From NCBI GenBank assembly GCA_030390025.1, contig CM059432.1:91700001-91764000 (forward strand): a DNA stretch of 64,000 bases, given 5' to 3'. The notes beneath the pieces are model-generated. The model was not told the DNA's origin and did not search any database. It worked only from the letters and a program-made list of their open reading frames with translations. This DNA is from Squalus acanthias (taxonomy: Eukaryota). The translations under genes were made by a program, and so were the position numbers. This document shows positions 1 through 12,100 of this stretch, one piece after another; positions within the stretch are counted from its first letter, which is position 1; every line of letters begins with the position of its first letter.

Positions 1-1909
1 CTACTGCTGCAGTTGTGGCGTCTGTCATTTCACTAATGAGACTTCCACAATGAGGCCTTAGGATAACTTGCACTTGTCAGTATGGTGGTCAAATTGTTAG
101 GGATCCGTTGGTTCTTGGCCATTGTCGAAGCTCTGGTAAGAAGCTGCGAGGCAAAAGTGCTCGATTGTCTAGGCTGAGCAAATCTGGCCAAGATGAGTGC
201 ATTCCGTGAAGCTATGGTCTCGCGTAATGCTGCCGCTGGTTGATGGGACTCTGCAAGTTGTTCGTTCTCTCTCTCCTCCTGCTCCTCCACCTCCTCCTCA
301 TCTGAGGAGGATGTGAAGAGCCACTTGGTCCTCCGGCATCTGCAAGTCACGACGCTGTGCCATGTTGTGAAATGCACAGCAAACCACGACGATTCTGGAG
401 ACCCTGGCTGCTGAGTATTGCAGGGCTCCACCTGATCTATCCAGGCATCTGAAGCGCATCTTCAGCATACCGATGGTTTGCTCGATTATGGCTCTGGTGG
501 AAATGTGGCTGGAGTTGTAGCTCTCCTCAGCTGCGTTGGATGGGCTCCTCAACGGCGTCATTAGCCACGTCTTCAGGGGATAGCCCGTCTCCAAGTAGCC
601 ATCCGTTAAGTTGGTCTGGCGGACTGAATAGCGGAGGCACACTAGACTGGCGCAGTATGAAGGAGTCATGGCAACTGCCAGGGTACTTGGCACAAACATG
701 CAGAACTTCCTTCTTGTGGTCACACACCAGCTGAACGTTGAGGGTGTGGAAGCCCTTGCGGTTGACAAAAATACCTGGATTGCGATGGGGTGCCTTAAGA
801 GCCACATGTGTGCAGTCAACGACGCCCTGCACCCTTGGAAAGCCTGCCAGATTAGCTTATCCAACCGCACGCGCCGTGACACTTGCTCGATCCTTGGTGA
901 AATGGATGTGATTGTGCGGGATGGCAAGGAGGGCATCGGTTACCTGCGTGATGCAGGTGTGTGTGGCCGCCTGGGAGATGCCGCTGATGATCCCTGGAAT
1001 GAGCCTGAGGCAAAAAAGTTGAGTGCGGTGGTGACTTTGACGGCCACTGGTAAGGGGTGTCCACCTGGTCCTCTGGGCTCCAGGTCTTGTTGCAGCATTG
1101 CACAGATGTCACCCACTACCTCTCGCGAAAGTCGGAGCCGCCTTTGGCACTGCTGCTCAGACAGGTTGAGATAGCTGACCCTGTGTCTGTAGACCCTGTT
1201 TGGGGGGTATCTCCTGCGCCGACGGCCTTCCATGCGCTGGTCTGTGCAGCTTCAGGCGGGTGAGCAGCAGCTTGGCGCTCCTGTTGTTGGTGCTGCTGTT
1301 GGTGCTGCTGTTGTTCATGGTTCTGCTGCTGCCACGGCTGGTGTCGTCCTCATCTGATGCCCAGGAGGGAAGGAAATAAATGGCTCCCATGCCTCTGGTA
1401 TATGCCTCAGTTGAGGAAGCGCTCAATGAGGGCGGCGAGAGGGGTTTCCCAGGAGGTCACACTGGAGATGGGTGTCAGGCTCAAAACTTCCAGAGCTGTG
1501 GTTATGCCTTCTAAAAGTTCCCCCAGACCTGTGACAACAAAGTTCTGCCACCTGCAAATGATGGCTGATCAAATCTCCTATTTAATGGTTGAGCTGCAGC
1601 TGAGAGTCAGCAATCCACTTGTGCTCCCGCCAGGTTTCACCGGCGTGTTTCAGATCAGGAGTGCTTCATGTGGGAAAAGGGTTAAACTAGCAAATAACTA
1701 TCAAAATGGCATTACAGAGCCAATTTAGGGCTTGTTAAGGGCATTAATGGCCTCTCCCGCCTCTTGGAGGCGGGACCAGCAGACACGATTTCATCAAAAT
1801 TGCGTGGAGGCGGGATGGAGGCAGGTTTGGGCCCACCCGCCAGTTTCTTCAATTTTAACCCCCCACACGCCTCCAATCCCGCCTCAATGGCCCTATCAAA
1901 ATCCAGCCC
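1..1909 (-). mobile_element. Harbinger/PIF DNA transposon copy A (continues off the left edge)
   Basis: HARBI1-like transposase. Terminus AAAATCCAGCCC ends at 1909; its subterminal region matches the terminus at 48294. Confidence 0.88.
170..1390 (-). pseudogene. HARBI1-like DDE transposase, frameshifted
   Basis: Fragments [57 protein letters not shown] and IIEQTIGMLKMRFRCLD are split across frames. Confidence 0.88.
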
Positions 1910-1919
1910 AATGTTTCCA

Positions 1920-2012
1920 TTAACTCTTTCTCTCTCCACAGATGCTGCCTGACTGCTGAGTATTTCCAGCATTTTCTGTTTATTTCAGATTTCCAGCATC
2001 CGCAGTATTTTT
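1920..2012 (+). mobile_element. Penelope-type terminal repeat fragment
   Basis: CTCTCCACAGATGCTGCCTGAC...TTTCCAGCATCCGCAGTATTT is the same tail as the GIY-YIG copy at 28590-28687. Confidence 0.6.
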
Positions 2013-2302
2013 AGTATCTGGCTTTTGTTGGATGCTTGCTACAGTGTGTCTGGCTGCTTTCCTCCGGCGTGGAAACTGATAGGAAATGTGTCAGAGAATG
2101 TATTCTTGGCATTTGTATTTCCTTTGAAAATAACTGCCATATTCAGATGGACATATTTTAGATCCCCTGTTATTTCTGGGAGGTAAATCCCAGACATGTT
2201 GGGGTGAGAACGAAAAGCTAACAGAGCAGTTCCTGGGTTAATTGCCTGCTCACGTCTGATTGAGTTATGTTGGGGAGCCAGCTAACTCTGATGGAAAGTC
2301 CT

Positions 2303-2494
2303 GGGCCCCGATATTAATGGGGAGGCGGATAGGGAGCGGAGGAACGCAGTAGCGGAGGCGGTGGGGGGCAGCGACCCGGAAGGTTCGGGGACGCGGAGGT
2401 CCGGATCGCGTTATCATTTTCTTTTTCTGTTTCCTGCCCAGCAGGCGGCCAGTATGTCAGGCTGGCCGGCTGTCGGGCGGGAATATTGAGGCCC
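2303..2494. mobile_element. MITE-like element
   Basis: TIRs GGGCCCCGATATT and AATATTGAGGCCC. The same terminus occurs at about 29020. Confidence 0.55.
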
Positions 2495-3029
2495 TGGTCT
2501 CTGTGTTTGAGTGTAAATGGATTATTACTCAATGGGGCCATTTAATAATAGGATGTTTTACCAAGATACAGTACCATGTGGATGAATGCACCTGCTACAT
2601 AGTGATGCAACTTCCTACATTACACTGAAGCCAGACAAAAGCTACAATTCTGATGTGTGATCAATCACCAATTCATGCATATTACTAAAGTAATTCAATT
2701 AACATCTAAATCAATAGACAGCTTTTCTAGTTGTTACCTTTCTCACCATGTTTATGTACTCATAATTAGGAATGGGCAGACAGTTTAAAGAAAACAAAAT
2801 CACATTTTTTCCCCAAATTAAAATCACAAACTCTTTATTATGGAACAAGTCACTGTTCTTCCTTGTGAGCAGTATTGTTATTAAAGCTCTGGAACACGAA
2901 TCACTAAAATTGACCACAGAAATAACTTTCAAAATCAGTTAAAGCAGGTTTCCATATTTTATCTTAATCACTGATTAACTCTGATCACCATGACCAAGAA
3001 ACAAAACTCTCTTTTGTCAAGAACCTTAC

Positions 3030-3101
3030 CTCACGAATCTCCTTTGGAGGTCCAGTTTCCCCAGCATGAACAGTACGATGGACACCATATTTCACAGCCA
3101 T
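3030..3101 (-). CDS. ada: ADA exon 7 ([24 protein letters not shown])
   Basis: 72 bp, AAG acceptor, GTAAGG donor, HAGE catalytic motif. Confidence 0.94.
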
Positions 3102-6100
3102 CTTGGAGGGGATCAAAATCACAAAATTATGATTTGTAATATTACATTTTTCCCATCCTGAAGGTACGGACTCATTCTGGATTGGCATCACAGGCATTGG
3201 CACCCTGCCAGTACCTCAGCCATGAATTCTTCTTGCATGAACCTAAACAGTCTCAGCGGCTATTCTACCATGGAGGACCTTGTACTTATCCTCATTCGCT
3301 TCAATCACTTCTAAAATATGCCCTACAAACTTAATCTTTTATTTTATGATGACACCCGAAATTCTATGGCAGAGGCCCTGTGTATGAAATGAGTGTTTTA
3401 AATTGATCGATTTTTGTTTGTGGTGTACATGCTGAACCAGAAAATCATGAAACTGAGCAATGAAGAATTCAATGGTCCATTACAATGCTCCTTCTGTAAA
3501 CACTTAGTGCTGCAATCAGCATTTAGATTTGTTCAACAGCTATAATTTATAGCACATTTTCTATGTGCCTTTATACAATGAAAAATATTTAGCAGCATTT
3601 CTATAGCCCTGTGAACTTTTAATTGTGCAGTTGACAGAGGAGCAGCAAAATAACACTCAAGGAAAGTGAAAATGTGGACAATTTACTCTTGTGGTCCATC
3701 ATCCAGAAAACAATATTGCTGGAAGACTGCATAGTGATAATATATTGACATGACTGGACTGTTAGTAACTACAGTTGACAGTAATGTTTAACATTAGAGA
3801 TGTCAGGGTAAAAGGTAGCATTAGGTACCATTAGATGCTTGTAGTCAGTTAGTTTTAAAAAAAAAATCTTGATTGTAGAAACATTTGAAGGAAAATTTTT
3901 AAGTAAATCAAACTTCTAGTCTAATGAATTTGCTATGTACTGTCTAATCTGCAAGCGACTAGTCAATGCAAAATGCACATTCCTATGTACATGAATTAGC
4001 TAATGATGGACCATAAGAACATAAGAACAGGAGTAGGTCATTCAACTGTATGGAAAAAGGTGTTGGAATTTACAGTCAATTTTGCAGTATTTCTTTTTGC
4101 TATATGTCCTGTTCTTTCAAAACAACCTTTAGACTAATCTGGAGGTACTCTTCATGTTCAGCTGAGCCAGAGAGATTCCCATGGTCCTGCCTGCACTACA
4201 GGGTCTCTCAGGGCTGGTTGTTGCGTTACGTGGGGACGTCATGGCCTAATGGAATGAACGAGAATGCTTAATGGCTTGTGATCACGTTCCCAGTTAACCT
4301 ATTCTTACCGCCTCAGGGGCAGTCTGGATACGTGGGTGGAGATAACTGGGTAGGGTAGGTTTCCAGGAAAGAGATCCAGACTGTCTAGTGGCTCTTGAAC
4401 TCCAGGTGAAGTCAGCACATTACCCATTCCAAATGGCATGTGTCCAGCAAGTGTTTCGACATGTTTGTTATGGGAAGATCAACATGGGGTTGGGGTGGTA
4501 TCCTTTTGCAACTAACCGTGGCAATTGCATTAACTTACAAATTGCCAAGTTGGGGGGAGGAGTCTTTCTCCAGTGGGTAGACCCAATGGGCACAAGCCTG
4601 GCTTTGCAGAAAAAGTGTGAATCCCAGCTGCCAGGTGGAAAACGGAGCTAAAAAAACTTTAATAAGGTTGGCAGGACCTCCGCATCCCCGGCCTTGCCAG
4701 GTTCGCCAGCCATTTTAGGCCTCACCTGCATCCTCCCTGTAAATATCAGGGGTATAAGTACAGTTGTAAGGAATTTCTATTTTGCTACATCCACTTTGCC
4801 CTGTAAGGATAATAGCAAAGGAACCCACCAATGGAGATACTCCTCAATGTTGATTAAGGAGCAACTACGTATGGGCAATTGCCACAAATATAAGTACCAA
4901 AAACACAGGATGAGGCACAGTCATTTCTTTTTTCAACAATTATCTCATTTATAGAGTTCCTCTGGAGTTTCAGGATAGATATACTATTATGCTTCTCTAT
5001 TTTTGTGGAGTCAGAACAGTAAAATGTAAAAACAGTACTTTTTTCACTCTCCATATTTTCACACATGGAATAGAACTGATAGTGGCTGAAAGTAATTGAC
5101 AAATGTATATTACATGTTTATATACCATTCTGAGTCTAATTATATATTAAATTAAGGTAAGAGAGTGGGATTGTATTTGGTAATTAAGAAAATTGAAGTT
5201 CAGAATTCTGCAATGTGAAATCCACATAGACATCCTACCTCATAAGCTTGTGTGTGGCCTGAACAGGATTCACACTCAATCAGCTCATCTCCTGCTAGGT
5301 CAATTCCCACTACACCATCATTTTGATACTTCTTACAAAGCTCAGCAACTTCAGGAGACCATGCTGGAGAGACAGAAGGAAAACGTAAGTTCTATTCAAG
5401 TAACTACTCCTTTGCCCAGTTTGAGCGTTATATAGACGTTCAACATACCAATTTCACAGTGGGACATCCCACGCCAGGTATGCACATGAAATCCAGTGGT
5501 ATATTGGTTAAGACACTCCTTAGGTGTCCCTGGTGGCCACCTGAAATGAACACTGGCCTCACTGTGCTTTTATTAGAGGATCCCTTTGGGAAATGGAAGC
5601 ATTTGATGCGATCATTTTTAAGTGTGCCCAGCAAAACATGGCAGGAACACTCAGGAAGCAGTGATATTTAAAGGAACCCTCACCTCTATTAAGTTGAGTC
5701 TCTGAAAAGCCCCTTTTGGGCTGCTGGAGATTTTTGGAGCCATTTTTTGGCTGTTTTGGCTGAGTTTCAGAAGTTTTTGACACTACAGAGCAGTTAGCTG
5801 CAGCTACACTGTTTTACTTCATTGGCTGAGTACTGGGAAAAAGAGGGATGTCACTGGGATTGCCATTGAGGCTGTCGCACCAGCAGGAAGAACAGCAGCA
5901 AGTACAGAAGCGCATACCTGCAGAGGGTGAAGAGGGCGAAGGAAGCAAGGAAACAGGAAGCCTTACATGATGCCGGTCTTCTGGAACAGAATGTCATATC
6001 TGACAGAGGAGCAGTGTGTGAGGAGGCTGCACTTCAGCAGGCAGGCAGTCACTGACCTTGTCACCTGTTGCAGCAGGAATTGGAGCCAAACACCAGGGCA

Positions 6101-9100
6101 CACACAGCACTGCCTGTGGGTGTGAAGGTTACAGTGACCCTCAACCTCAGGCTCATTCCAGACTGCAACAGGTGACATCAGTCAGTTTGCTGTCTATACG
6201 GCCATCAAGCAGGTGGCGGATGGTCTCTTCGCAAGGAGACAGCAATACATCACATTCCCAAAGCAGGCTGCTGATCAGGAGGAGAGTGTTCTCGGGTTTG
6301 CCCACATTGCTGGGTTTCCTCAGGTGCAATGTGTAATTGACTGCACAAACATTGTCCTGCACTGTCCCCATCAAGAACTAGCCTTGTTTTATAACAGGAA
6401 GGGGTTCCAACCCCTGAATGTTCTCTGGCCTGTGACCACAGACAGCGAATAATGCAGGCCTGTGCCTGGTTTTGTGTCATTAGCTGTGATGCCTTCATAC
6501 TACACCTCAATCTCCCTCTCTTCGAGCAGTCGGCTGAAAGATGTGCCCAACAAATTTAGCAGTGGCCGAACGCACGCACAGATTGGGCGCGGTCTATCCC
6601 ACTGCTAAATTTGAGAGTGTTGCACCAGTTTTATACCCAAGAAACAGGTGCAATACATAAGAATTTCTACCCCAATTATTTTATTTTCTATTAATACATT
6701 TCAGCATTTATTGGAGCAGAATTCTCAACAATTTCACAATCGCAATCCGGCGAACTCCCAAGGAAATTCTGAGCGAGCAATGGAAAATCTACATTTATAG
6801 GTTTCTTTTGTCAATTACAGCAGCACACTGAAAGCATGAAATATTAAACATCTCAGAAAATACTCTTATCTGAAAAGACAGTTGTAGAAAAGAAAATTAC
6901 CTTCCTTGTGGCGTATGCAACAGAGAATTGATCTCACTTTGATGCCAAAATCACGCTGACCTTTTCGAAAGCCCTGATTAACGAGCTTAACAACTTCATC
7001 TGGGCTTAGATCACCTCTAGGAGGCAAAATATAATAAATATTCAAATTACAGATGATTCAATATAAACTTTGTACACCAAAAAAAATGTCACTTCTATTT
7101 TTGAATTTTTTTTGTATTGTAGTAAGGCAGGCCTTTGATGCCCTGAAGCAAAACCTTTACTCTCTCCTATCCCAGTCGATCCCCCAGTATGGTTACATAG
7201 AATTACATTACATACAATATACAGCACTGAAACCACCCATTCAGCCCAACTAGTCTTTGCTGGTGTTTATACCCAACACCAGTCTCCTCCCATTCCATCT
7301 GCCTCAGCTCATCCTTTCAGCATATCTTTCTATTCCCTTTTCTCTCATGTACTCAGCTAGTTTCCTTTTGAAAGCATCTAAGCTATTTGCCACAACCACT
7401 TCCCGTGGTAGCGAGTTCTACATTCTAACCACACTCGGAGTAAAGAAATGTCTCCTTATTTACCTATTGTGTATTATTTACCTATATAGTGTTAGCTGTG
7501 GTTCAGTTGGTAGCACACTCACCTCTGAGTCAGAAGGTTGTGGGTTCAAGTCTCACTCCAGGGACTTGAGCATATAAAGCTAGGCTGACACTCCAGTGCA
7601 GTGCAGAGGGAGTGTAGCACTGTCGGAAGTGCTGTCTTTCGGATGAGACATTAAACCGAGGCCACGTCTGCTCTCAGGTGGACGTAGAAATTCCCACGGG
7701 ACTATTTCGAAGAAGAGTAGGGGAGTTATCCCCGGTGTCCTGGGCAATATTTATCCCTCAACCAGCATAACAAAAAAAACCAGATTATCTGGTCATTATC
7801 ACATTGCTGTTTCTGGGACCTTGCTGTGCGCAGATTGGCTGCCGCGTTTCCCACATTACAACAGCGACTCCACTTCAAAAGTGCTTTGAGATGTCCGGTG
7901 GTCGTGAAAGGCACTATATAAATGCAAGTCTTTCTTTTATTGGATTTATTATTATTCTCTGCACCCTCTCCAGTGCCTCTATATCCTTTTTATAATATGG
8001 CGACCAGAACTGCACGCAATGTGGTCTAACCAAGGTTCGATACAGGTTAGCATAACTTCCCTACTTTTCAATTCTATACCTCTAGAAATAAACCCTAGTG
8101 CTTGGTTTGCTTTTTTTAATGGCCTTGCTAGCCTGTGGCGCAACTTTTAGTGATTGTGTATTTGTACTCAGAGATCCCTTTGTTCCTCTACCCCAGCTAG
8201 ACTCGCCACCTCCAAGTAATAAGTGACCTCCCTATTCTTCCTACCAAAATGTAATACCTCACATTTATCTGTGTTGAACTTAATTTGCCAATTATATGCC
8301 CATTCTACAAGTTTATTAATGCTCCACAGAAGAGAGGGGATCAGCACAGGGATGCACTGCACCGGAGGCAATACCCCCAACACAGGGTATACAGGCAGAG
8401 GATGAGCTTCCTGGACATGACTGAACAGCAGTGCTTCAGGAGGCTCAGGCTATTGCGCCAGGTCGTCGCAGACATTTGTAGCTTGCTGGAACAAGACCTG
8501 CTGACCAGAGGACTTGGTGGACACTTCTTACCAGTGGCTGACAAAGTCACCACCGCCCTCAACTTCTTTGCCTCAGGCTCCTTCCAGGGATCTACAGCAG
8601 ACATTTGCGGGATCTTGCAGTCACCCAGGTGACTGATGCCATGTTTCACAAGTCAGCCATTTATGTGCACTTTGCCACTGATGAAGCCAGTGTTACTGAG
8701 CGGGTGCTCGGGTTTGCGGCTCTGGCTGGCTTTCCACAGGTGCAGGGTGTCATCAACTGCACACATGTGGCCATCAAGGCACCCACAGATCACCCAGGTG
8801 TGTTTGTGAACTGCAAGGGCTTCCACTCCCTCAATGTGCAGCTTGTCTGCAACCATAAAAAGATCATGCATGAGTGCGCCAGATTCCCAGGGATCTGTCA
8901 TCACTCTTTCATCCTGCGCCAGTCCACTCTCCCTCAGCTCTACGCAACTCCAAACAGACTTACCAGCTGGCTGCTTGGAGACAAGGGCTATCCACTGAAG
9001 ACGTGGCTGATGACACCCTTGAGGAGGCCATGCAATGAGGCCGAGGAGCACTATAATGAAAGCCACATGTCCACCAGATGTGTCATAGAGCAAGCAATCG

Positions 9101-12100
9101 GCATGCTGAGGATGCGCTTCAGATGCCTTGACAGATCTGGAGGAACCCTTCAGTGGCACCAGCCAGGTTCACCAGAATCATCGCTGTATGCCATGCGCTG
9201 CACAACATAGTGCAGCAGCAAGGATTGGAGCTGCATGAGGAGCAAGGCGCAGAGTACAGAGCCTCTTTGGAGGAGGACGAGGAGGAGGAGGAACCTGAGG
9301 TGGAGATGTCACCAGCAGTGGCACACAATGCTGCCCGGGAGGCCCAGGATGGCCTCAATGTCCCAATTTACTTAAGTTACACCAGTGCAGCCATATGGCT
9401 CCCAGATTCTGTACCAACAATCATTCCGCCACTACCACAAATCAGTCCTAAAATGGCCAAACCATTCCTGTCAACCAAGCACCCAGTGCTCGAGGTTAAG
9501 TAATGTCTTACCATTCACTTCAACTGACAAGGCCACTTCCCAGGAAGCAGGAAAAAATGGAAGAGACAGGAAAGTAGTGCAAAGAAATAAATTTATGTGA
9601 GTTTTGACAAATACCCATGTGCATGCTCTTGTGCATCTATGATTGTGTCTTTTTTCTCTTCCGCATGCTTCTATGAAGTGCAATCCCTGTGGCTTCAGCA
9701 GAGGTCGAGGTAAGCTGCTCACTTCCCTGCTGCGACTGCATAGACACTTTTGACAGCCGAACTCTGGGTTTTAGGGCCTGTGAGGGCCCCACCGAAGACA
9801 GCTCCTCCTGCAACTGTGCAGGGGCAGACTCGGCCATCGGGATCCGAGGCAGCATGTGGGGCTCTGACTGAGGGGGGAGGCAAAGGGGGAGAAGTGGGAG
9901 CGCTTTAAGCAGAGCCCCCACTTCCATGCCCCCTCTCACCATCATCCCTCTCATGGGCCACCCACACTTCCCTGCTAACAAGGAGCTGGAGAGCACCTTG
10001 CTGCACATCAGTGGGGCCATGAACGCCCAAGTCTATGTTGGTATCCCTCCTAGAGATGAGATCAATGAGGGTCTGCAATCTGTTGTTCACAGCAAGCATG
10101 TTCTTGTTCGACTGGTGCATTTGCTGCTCCATGCAGGTGGCCACCCTTTCCATGGAACAGCACATCGTTGCCATCGCCTGCGATATGGTGGTGCTCATGT
10201 TGGAGATGGACTCCTCCATTCTCTGTACAATTGCGCACATCACGACTGGAAAAGCTGCCAGATCCTTGTGCATTTTTTGCTGCTCCTCCAAGATCAACCT
10301 CTTTGTCAACGGCCCCCAAGGATCAGCATCTGCATCCAGCTGAGCAGAGCTTGGAGCATCCTGCGGCCTCCAGCGCGGACTCTCCACTGCTGTCCCTGTC
10401 TCCACCATCTGCTCTTGCTCACTTGTGATGTGAGAGACACCAGGTGACAACACTACTCTATGTCTCACAGGACCCACCGACGTGCTGGTTCTGGGTGCAT
10501 CCTCAGAGAGTGGAGCTGCCTGAGGAGTTGTCTTCCTCCTCCGGTTGAACAGTGGTGGGGGGGGGGGGGGGGGGCACTTGATGGACTTGTGGGAGAGTAA
10601 AGACATGAATTATACCTCTTATAAGAATGTGTAACATTACCATTATGCACATTTCACTGGCTGCTGACATCAGTCACCCCGAGTGACTGTTGTCTGCCAT
10701 GTTGGATATTTAATTCTGTCACCAGGTCTCTGGGAGGCCCCCCTCTCTCTGTCTCCCACCGCCAGCAGCTCAGTCACTCCACTTATTTCAAGAGCCTCCT
10801 CCTCTGCAGGCATCACATTTGTATATATTCTCTCTCTGAGAGAAAGAGGAGAATTTTGAGTGAGTGATGGAATGAGTGTAAGGGATGTATGGGCTACATC
10901 TGTAGAGGGTGACTATGAGGGGGTGGTGTGACATTGCCAAATGGCCTCCTTCTGTGGTGTTACTTTGTAGGATTGCATTAGGATGGGGGTGTCAGTGGTG
11001 CATAGTCAGATGGGGATGTGAGTAGATGCATAGACAGTGAGGGATGGGTGCACCTACAAGATAGGTTGGTGTGAGGAGTGATGTGCAGGAGTAGGCTTGG
11101 GAAGGCAGAGTGAAGGGGTTGGGGTGACACGCACATCAGGATGTAGCTGAGTGTGGCATTGTACTCACCTTTCCTGATCTCATAAGATCATTAAAACTCT
11201 TCCGGCATTGAATCCAGGAACAGCTGACAACACCCCTGCTGCTCATTTCTTGAGCAATCTCCAACCATGCCCTCTTGGTTTCTCTGGCTGCTCTTTTCCT
11301 GCCGCTGCCAGGGAATAGACCTCCCTGCGTGCTCTGACTCCCTGGACCAGGACTTCCAGGGAGGCGTCTGAGAACCTGGGCGCAGCCTTCTGTCGCTGTG
11401 ACTCCATGTTTGCTTCCACCCACACAAATCTCTGCGATATAGACCAATAGCCACCTCTCCCAACCACCTGTATGCCTCCTCCACCAACCTTCAACTGGGA
11501 AGTGTGTAAGGTTCCTTTAAATATCCGAGCTGAAAACAAGTCATCGGTGACACCAACAGACCCACTCCATTTAATTGGCTGGGAAATCCACATGACTGTT
11601 TCAATTGATGCAACTGAGTTAAACGCACAGTGCAGAGCACGCTGTTGAAAACTTCGGGATGGCGACCCGCACGCACCCCAACTCCAAGGTAAAGATTCTG
11701 GCCATTCTCGCCACATCTATGCTGTCCAACCAATTCATAATTTTAAAAACCTCTCATCAGGTCACCTCGTAGTCTTCTCTTTTCTAAAGAAAAAAGCCCC
11801 AACCTGTTCAATCTTTCTGTAGCTGTAATCTCAGTTCTATCCTTGTAAATCTTTCTTGGACTTTCTCCAATGGTTCTATGTACTTTTTATAGTATGGAGA
11901 CCAGAACTGTGCACAGTACTCGAAGTGCGACCAGACCAGGGTCATGTACAAGTTTAACATAACTTCACTACTTTTGAATTCTATACCCCTAGAAATAAAT
12001 CCCAGTGCTTTGTTAGCATTTTTAATTGCTTTGCTGACCTCTGATGCTGCTTTTAATGATTTGTTCACCTGTATCCCTAGATCCCTTTGCTCTTCTACCC

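Larger units (their letters stand above)
8321..11703 (+). mobile_element. Harbinger copy B (left end truncated): transposase on plus, convergent Myb/SANT-like gene on minus
   Basis: Two convergent ORF sets. Right terminus AAAGATTCTGGCC ends at 11703, followed by ATT. Confidence 0.88.

Noticed and set aside
1910..3029. ADA exon 8
   Set aside because: No RxGHG-coding exon was found; it presumably lies left of the window.
7490..7560. tRNA gene
   Set aside because: It is a SINE head continuing into a Deu core and L2 tail.
8285..9503. Domesticated host HARBI1 gene
   Set aside because: Multiple copies, TIRs, frameshifts and a linked Myb gene indicate transposon relics.
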